A DNA stretch of 29,030 bases from an uncultured Deinococcaceae bacterium (GTDB lineage Bacteria; Deinococcota; Deinococci; Deinococcales; Deinococcaceae). Below, in pieces: positions 25,258-29,030 of the stretch. The notes beneath the pieces are model-generated. The model did not search any database, had not been told where the DNA came from, and saw only the letters and a program-made list of their open reading frames with translations. The stretch spans positions 1-29,030 of the forward strand of contig CAXULY010000056.1 of the NCBI GenBank assembly GCA_964252075.1. The letters are read 5' to 3'. A program made the position numbers and the translations under genes. Positions within the stretch are counted from its first letter, which is position 1, and the number at the start of each line of letters is the position of its first letter.

Positions 25258-26456
25258 TTAGCGTGTGGGCTGCTGGGTGGCCCGCCACGCCACCCAGGCG
25301 GTGAGGGCGGAGAGGCACAGCGTGACGACGCTGACCGTGAAGGTGCTCCGAGACCCGCCGTGGTCGTACAGCGCGCCGCCCCCCGCCGCGCCGAGCGTGA
25401 TGGCCAGCTGGATGACCGCGACCATCAGCCCGCCGCCCGTCTCCGCGTCGTCGGGGAGCGCCCGGCTGAGCCACAGCCACCACGCCACCGGAGCGGCCGA
25501 CCCGATCAGGCCCCACGCGGCGAGCAGGACCCCAACCACCACCGGCGCAGCGCCGAAGGCCGTCAAGGCAACGGCGATGGCGGCCATTGCGAGCGGCATG
25601 GTGATCAGCAGGCTGTACAGCCGCGTCCGCAGCACCAGGCCGATCAGAACGGTGCCCAGCAGGCCCGCAAGGCCGCTGATCAGCAACAGCAGCGAGATGG
25701 TCGGGACGGTCGCGTGCGTGACGGTCTCCAGAAAGGGGCGCAGGTACGTGGACAGCGCGAACTGCCCGAGGAAGAACAGCGTGACGGCCAGCAGGCCGTG
25801 CGGCACCGGCGATCGGCGCAGCACCCGAAAGACCGACCCACCCCCCATGCGGCGGTCGGCGGGCATGGAGGGCAAGCTGGTGAACAGCCAGATCAGCGTG
25901 AGGGCCGCGAGGGGCACGACGGCGAAGAAGGCGCCGCGCCACCCGATGAACTGACCCAGGAAGGCGCCCAGGGGCGCGGCGACGGTGGTCGCCAGCGCGC
26001 CCCCGCCTTGAGCAGCCCAAGGGCGCGCGGCACCTGCGCTTCCGGCACGAGGCGCATCACCGTCGCGGCGGACATCGACCAGAACCCCCCGATCACCACC
26101 CCGATGAGGGCGCGCCCCAGCATGAACACCGGGGTGTTCGGGGCAAGGGCCACCATGAGGCCTGAGGCGAGCATCAACAGCACCAGGGCCAGCAGGACAC
26201 GACGGCGGTCGATGCCGCGCGTGCCAGAGGAGATCAGGAGGCTCGTGACGACCGCGAAGAGGCCGGAGACGGCGATGGCCTGCCCCGCCCCCCCTTCGGT
26301 CATGTGCAGGTCACGGGCGATGGGCGTGAGGAGGCTGACGGGCATGAACTCGGACGCGATCAGCGTGGCCACGCACAGGGTCAGCGCCCACACCGCCCCC
26401 CACCCGGACACGGGGGCTGGGCGGGCCATCGATTCAGTGGCGACGGGTTTGGACAT
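25258..26456 (-). pseudogene. MFS transporter (DHA1/NepI-like) with a single-base frameshift
   Basis: SEFMPVSLLTPIA, DRRRVL, GRALIGVVIGGFWS. Inserting one C near 26008 gives LNGGGALATTVAAPLGAFLGQFIGWRGAF and a continuous 399-aa protein. Confidence 0.85.
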
Positions 26457-26460
26457 GTCG

Positions 26461-27300
26461 TCAGGACGCCCGTTCATGATCGAGGGTAGTCGAGAGCTCG
26501 GGGAAGGCGTGGGCGTGTTGGAGCAGCAATTGCGCCTTCTGCGTGACGCCCTGCACCGCGTCCGCGCCCGCGACCCAGCGTTCGGGTGGTTCGGGGGCGT
26601 CCAGCAGGCGGATGAGCGCCTGGGCGAGCTTCGTGGGATCACCGGACTGCTGCCCGTTCATCGCGGCCCAGACCGGCAGGATCTGCTGGGTGCGGTCGGC
26701 GTAATCTGTGATGGAGCGCTCCGGCAGGAGGGTGGATTCCTTCTCCAGCAGCTGCGTGCGAAAGAAGCCCGGCTCCACCACGGTCGTCGTGATGCCAAAC
26801 GGCGTGACCTCGGGCCTCAGCGCCTCCATCCAGCCTTCCAACGCGAACTTCGAGGCGGCGTACGCGGACGTGAACGCCCCCGCGACGATGCCCGCCGTGG
26901 AGGAGATCGTCACGATCTGTCCGGCGTGCTGGCGCCGCAGGGCGGGGAGGACCGCGCGGGTGACGTTCAGGGCGCCGAAGAAGTTCACCTCCATCTGCGC
27001 GCGGAACTGATCCGCGCTGACCTCCTCAAAGAACCCCGCCTGACAGCTGGCCGCGTTGTTGATGAGCACGTCGATCCGCCCGAAGCGCGCCAGGGCCGCC
27101 TGGACGGCGATCTCTGCGTCCATGGGGACGGTGACGTCCAGTTGGACCACCAGCAGGTGGGCGTGGATGCCCACGGCCGCGCGGACCGCTTCTGGGCGGC
27201 GGCCCGTGGCGACCACCCGGTGTCCGGCGGCGAGCGCCGCGCGGGCGAATTCGGCGCCCATGCCGCGACTGGCGCCGGTGATGAAGTACACCTTGCTCAT
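26461..27300 (-). CDS. SDR family NAD(P)-dependent oxidoreductase
   Basis: TGASRGMG, NNA, YAASK, VEPGFFRT; RBS AGGAGG. Confidence 0.95.
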   Translation of the reverse strand: MSKVYFITGASRGMGAEFARAALAAGHRVVATGRRPEAVRAAVGIHAHLLVVQLDVTVPMDAEIAVQAALARFGRIDVLINNAASCQAGFFEEVSADQFRAQMEVNFFGALNVTRAVLPALRRQHAGQIVTISSTAGIVAGAFTSAYAASKFALEGWMEALRPEVTPFGITTTVVEPGFFRTQLLEKESTLLPERSITDYADRTQQILPVWAAMNGQQSGDPTKLAQALIRLLDAPEPPERWVAGADAVQGVTQKAQLLLQHAHAFPELSTTLDHERAS

Positions 27301-27504
27301 GTGTTCCCTCCTGGTTCGCGTGGCGGAGACACGCGAGGACCACCGCGGACCTGCGGTCGGGCAAGCCCCACCTGTCCCTCCAGGAAGTTCTGGGTGGTGA
27401 CTGAGGCGGAGGCACGGTGGGTTCGGTTGCGGGTGTCCCTGGGTGTCGGTCGGCCTGTGTGATCGCTGCGTTCAGCTGCGTGCCATGCCCTGGGTACGAA
27501 AGGC

Positions 27505-27566
27505 AGTTTACGGGCGTGGGCGGGCCGATGCTTGCCTGATTCTCTGAATTTCTGTCCTAAACCTCT
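27505..27566 (-). promoter_or_regulatory. Candidate AraC/YqhC-type tandem site and -10 for the SDR operon
   Basis: Minus strand: agaggtttaggacag-N6-agagaatcaggcaag (21-bp pitch), then 20 nt, then TAAACT. Confidence 0.55.
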
Positions 27567-27729
27567 CGCTTTTTCCAGCACCGGGCGGCAAGGGAGGCAG
27601 CACTGCAAAAGGAAATTTTAAGTCAGCGGACGCCGCGATCCCGTCTGCACGCCAATGCGCAGCGTTACGTGAGGCTTTACCCACCTTAAGCCCCCACTGA
27701 AGCCAATCTGGCCCGGTGGGTGAAGCCGC

Positions 27730-27900
27730 TCACAGGCCCTGGCCGACCACCGCCAGGGCCTCTTCGAGCGTCAGCTGCTCACCCTGCGTTCACGCCTCCA
27801 GGTACGCGTCCTCCCCCACCCGCCGCTTCACCGCGTCCCGCACCCCCTGAAAGGTGTGGTCCTCGAGCATGTCATGGCTGGTGATTCCCGCGGTCACCAT
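27730..27900 (-). pseudogene. C-terminal fragment of an ATP-binding/TPR (AfsR/LuxR-type) regulator
   Basis: VRDAVKRRVGEDAYLEA*TQGEQLTLEEALA matches the 'LG..AF..AW..G..L.LEEA' tail pattern, with TGA in place of Trp. Confidence 0.45.
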
Positions 27901-28032
27901 GCACGCCGTCCATGCCCCCACAGGCGCGCGGCCAGGACGCCGTCCCCGCGAAGGCATCAAGGAAGCGGGGAGCTGGGTCAAGGTCCGAACAGCGCCGTGA
28001 TGGTCCTGTCCTGCGTGTCGCCGGAGGTGGGC

Positions 28033-28307
28033 ATGGGAGCGGGACGCGCCGCGATCGGTATCGGCATCGTGGGCGTTGTGCTCCTCACGCAGCAGGGCCA
28101 GAAGCGAAAAAGCTCCAGCAGGCCGACCTCAGGAAGGGCACGAACGGCATCTGCGACATCAAGGGCATCGGCGATGGCCTCGAAAAGGTCGTCACGCACG
28201 GCGGCGACGCCAAGAAGGTGTTCAGCGAGGGCCCCTTGGCCGAAGCCCTGGCGCAGTTCGCGCGCAGGGGCGTGAAGAGCGTTCACGCCCCTGCGCGCAA
28301 CCTTTAA
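28033..28307 (+). pseudogene. Small frameshifted gene remnant of unknown function
   Basis: GGAGG RBS, hydrophobic MGAGRAAIGIGIVGVVLL, a frame change near the A-run at ~28105-28111, then a GC3-rich frame KKLQQADLRKG...NL*. Confidence 0.35.
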
Positions 28308-28321
28308 ACACTGCTTCGAAA

Positions 28322-28348
28322 TGGGGCCCCGCCAGCGGCGGGGCCCCA
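28322..28348 (-). terminator. Stem-loop after the collagen/tail-collar gene
   Basis: tggggccccgcc-agc-ggcggggcccca, followed by TTT on the minus strand. Confidence 0.6.
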
Positions 28349-28361
28349 GGAACTCAGAACG

Positions 28362-29030
28362 CTACTGCCTGGAAGGGAAAGCCCCCTGCACGCAGATCAC
28401 GTAATGAACGCTGCTGCCGCCGTTCGACTTCGGGGCTGCCCCCTGCAGGTTCGGAAGCGCGAATGTGGTTTGACCATCCCCTCCGTAGGTGGTGCCCAGC
28501 AGGGCAAACAGCGCGGTGTTCTGGGCAATGGAGAGGATCTGCCCGTTGGCTGGCACGAAGTACCCGCTGGCCGCCGCGAAGTTGGCCGCCGTGAGGACCA
28601 CTTCACCCAGCGTGCAAGTGGAACCACCCTGTCCAGAACCGCTGATCGGATTCACGTCGCCGAGCAGGTTCGTGGGATTGCCCACCGGGCCTTGTGGGCC
28701 CTGAGGTCCTTGCGGTCCGATTGGGCCAGCGGGTCCCTGTGGTCCGGTCACGCCCGCCGGTCCCGTCGCACCCTGCGGTCCGGGCACAGTGCTCGCGGCT
28801 CCCGGCGTCCCCTGCGGACCCGCTGGTCCGATCGGGCCAGCGGGTCCCTGTGGGCCGGTGGCACCGGTCGGGCCAGTCGGCCCCGCCGCGCCCTGGGCGC
28901 CTTTGTCACCCTTCGCGCCTTGCGGGCCGGTCAGGCCGATGGGGCCTTGCGGTCCGGTCGCGCCCGTCAACCCCGTGGCGCCCACCTCGCCTTGCGGGCC
29001 TGTAGGTCCGGTCGGGCCGATGGGGCCTTG
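28362..29030 (-). CDS. Collagen-like (Gly-X-Y) protein with C-terminal phage tail collar domain, 5' end outside the window
   Basis: Frame open to the window edge ([17 protein letters not shown]...); long GPQ/GAT/GPA run; LGEVVL...[37 protein letters not shown]...[10 protein letters not shown]. Confidence 0.9.
   Translation of the reverse strand, partial: QGPIGPTGPTGPQGEVGATGLTGATGPQGPIGLTGPQGAKGDKGAQGAAGPTGPTGATGPQGPAGPIGPAGPQGTPGAASTVPGPQGATGPAGVTGPQGPAGPIGPQGPQGPQGPVGNPTNLLGDVNPISGSGQGGSTCTLGEVVLTAANFAAASGYFVPANGQILSIAQNTALFALLGTTYGGDGQTTFALPNLQGAAPKSNGGSSVHYVICVQGAFPSRQ

Noticed and set aside
24913..27462. 849-aa plus-strand ORF, and similar long ORFs such as 16031-17989(-), 3917-5548(-) and 837-1820(+)
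   Set aside because: Antisense shadows of well-supported genes in high-GC DNA; no recognisable motifs.
28690..29030. 9-bp-period tandem DNA repeats
   Set aside because: Fully explained by Gly-X-Y collagen coding.

Overview
A very GC-rich bacterial window. The gene families and several leaderless '-10 box, 6-7 nt, ATG' starts are consistent with Deinococcus (inference). Left half (1-13.4 kb) plus an outlier at 21.4-21.9 kb: an envelope-stress-type island. It carries an efflux adaptor and two unusual tandem TolC-family genes, a secreted two-repeat protein, an OmpR-family regulator, a receiver-only regulator with a BaeS/CpxA-like kinase, three dispersed copies of a secreted DUF4397-like gene with a shared leader, a ferric-reductase-like membrane protein with two small partners, a decayed DUF3500 gene and a secreted subtype-B tannase-like esterase. 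The main unannotated signal is that seven promoters share one architecture: 3-5 direct repeats at 11-bp pitch (about CTACNCRRSTT), with the last unit starting exactly 16 nt before a weak (C/G)ANNNT -10 box. This suggests one two-component regulon readable directly from the DNA. Middle (14.3-20.4 kb): a DeoR-associated sugar isomerase / PfkB kinase / allose-like ABC operon. Right (22.6-27.6 kb): an AraC(YqhC-like) cluster of SDR, frameshifted MFS, Zn-ADH and cupin. The window ends with gene remnants and a partial collagen / tail-collar gene. I recognised no rRNA, tRNA, CRISPR array or transposase. Family calls come from motif recognition, not database searches.
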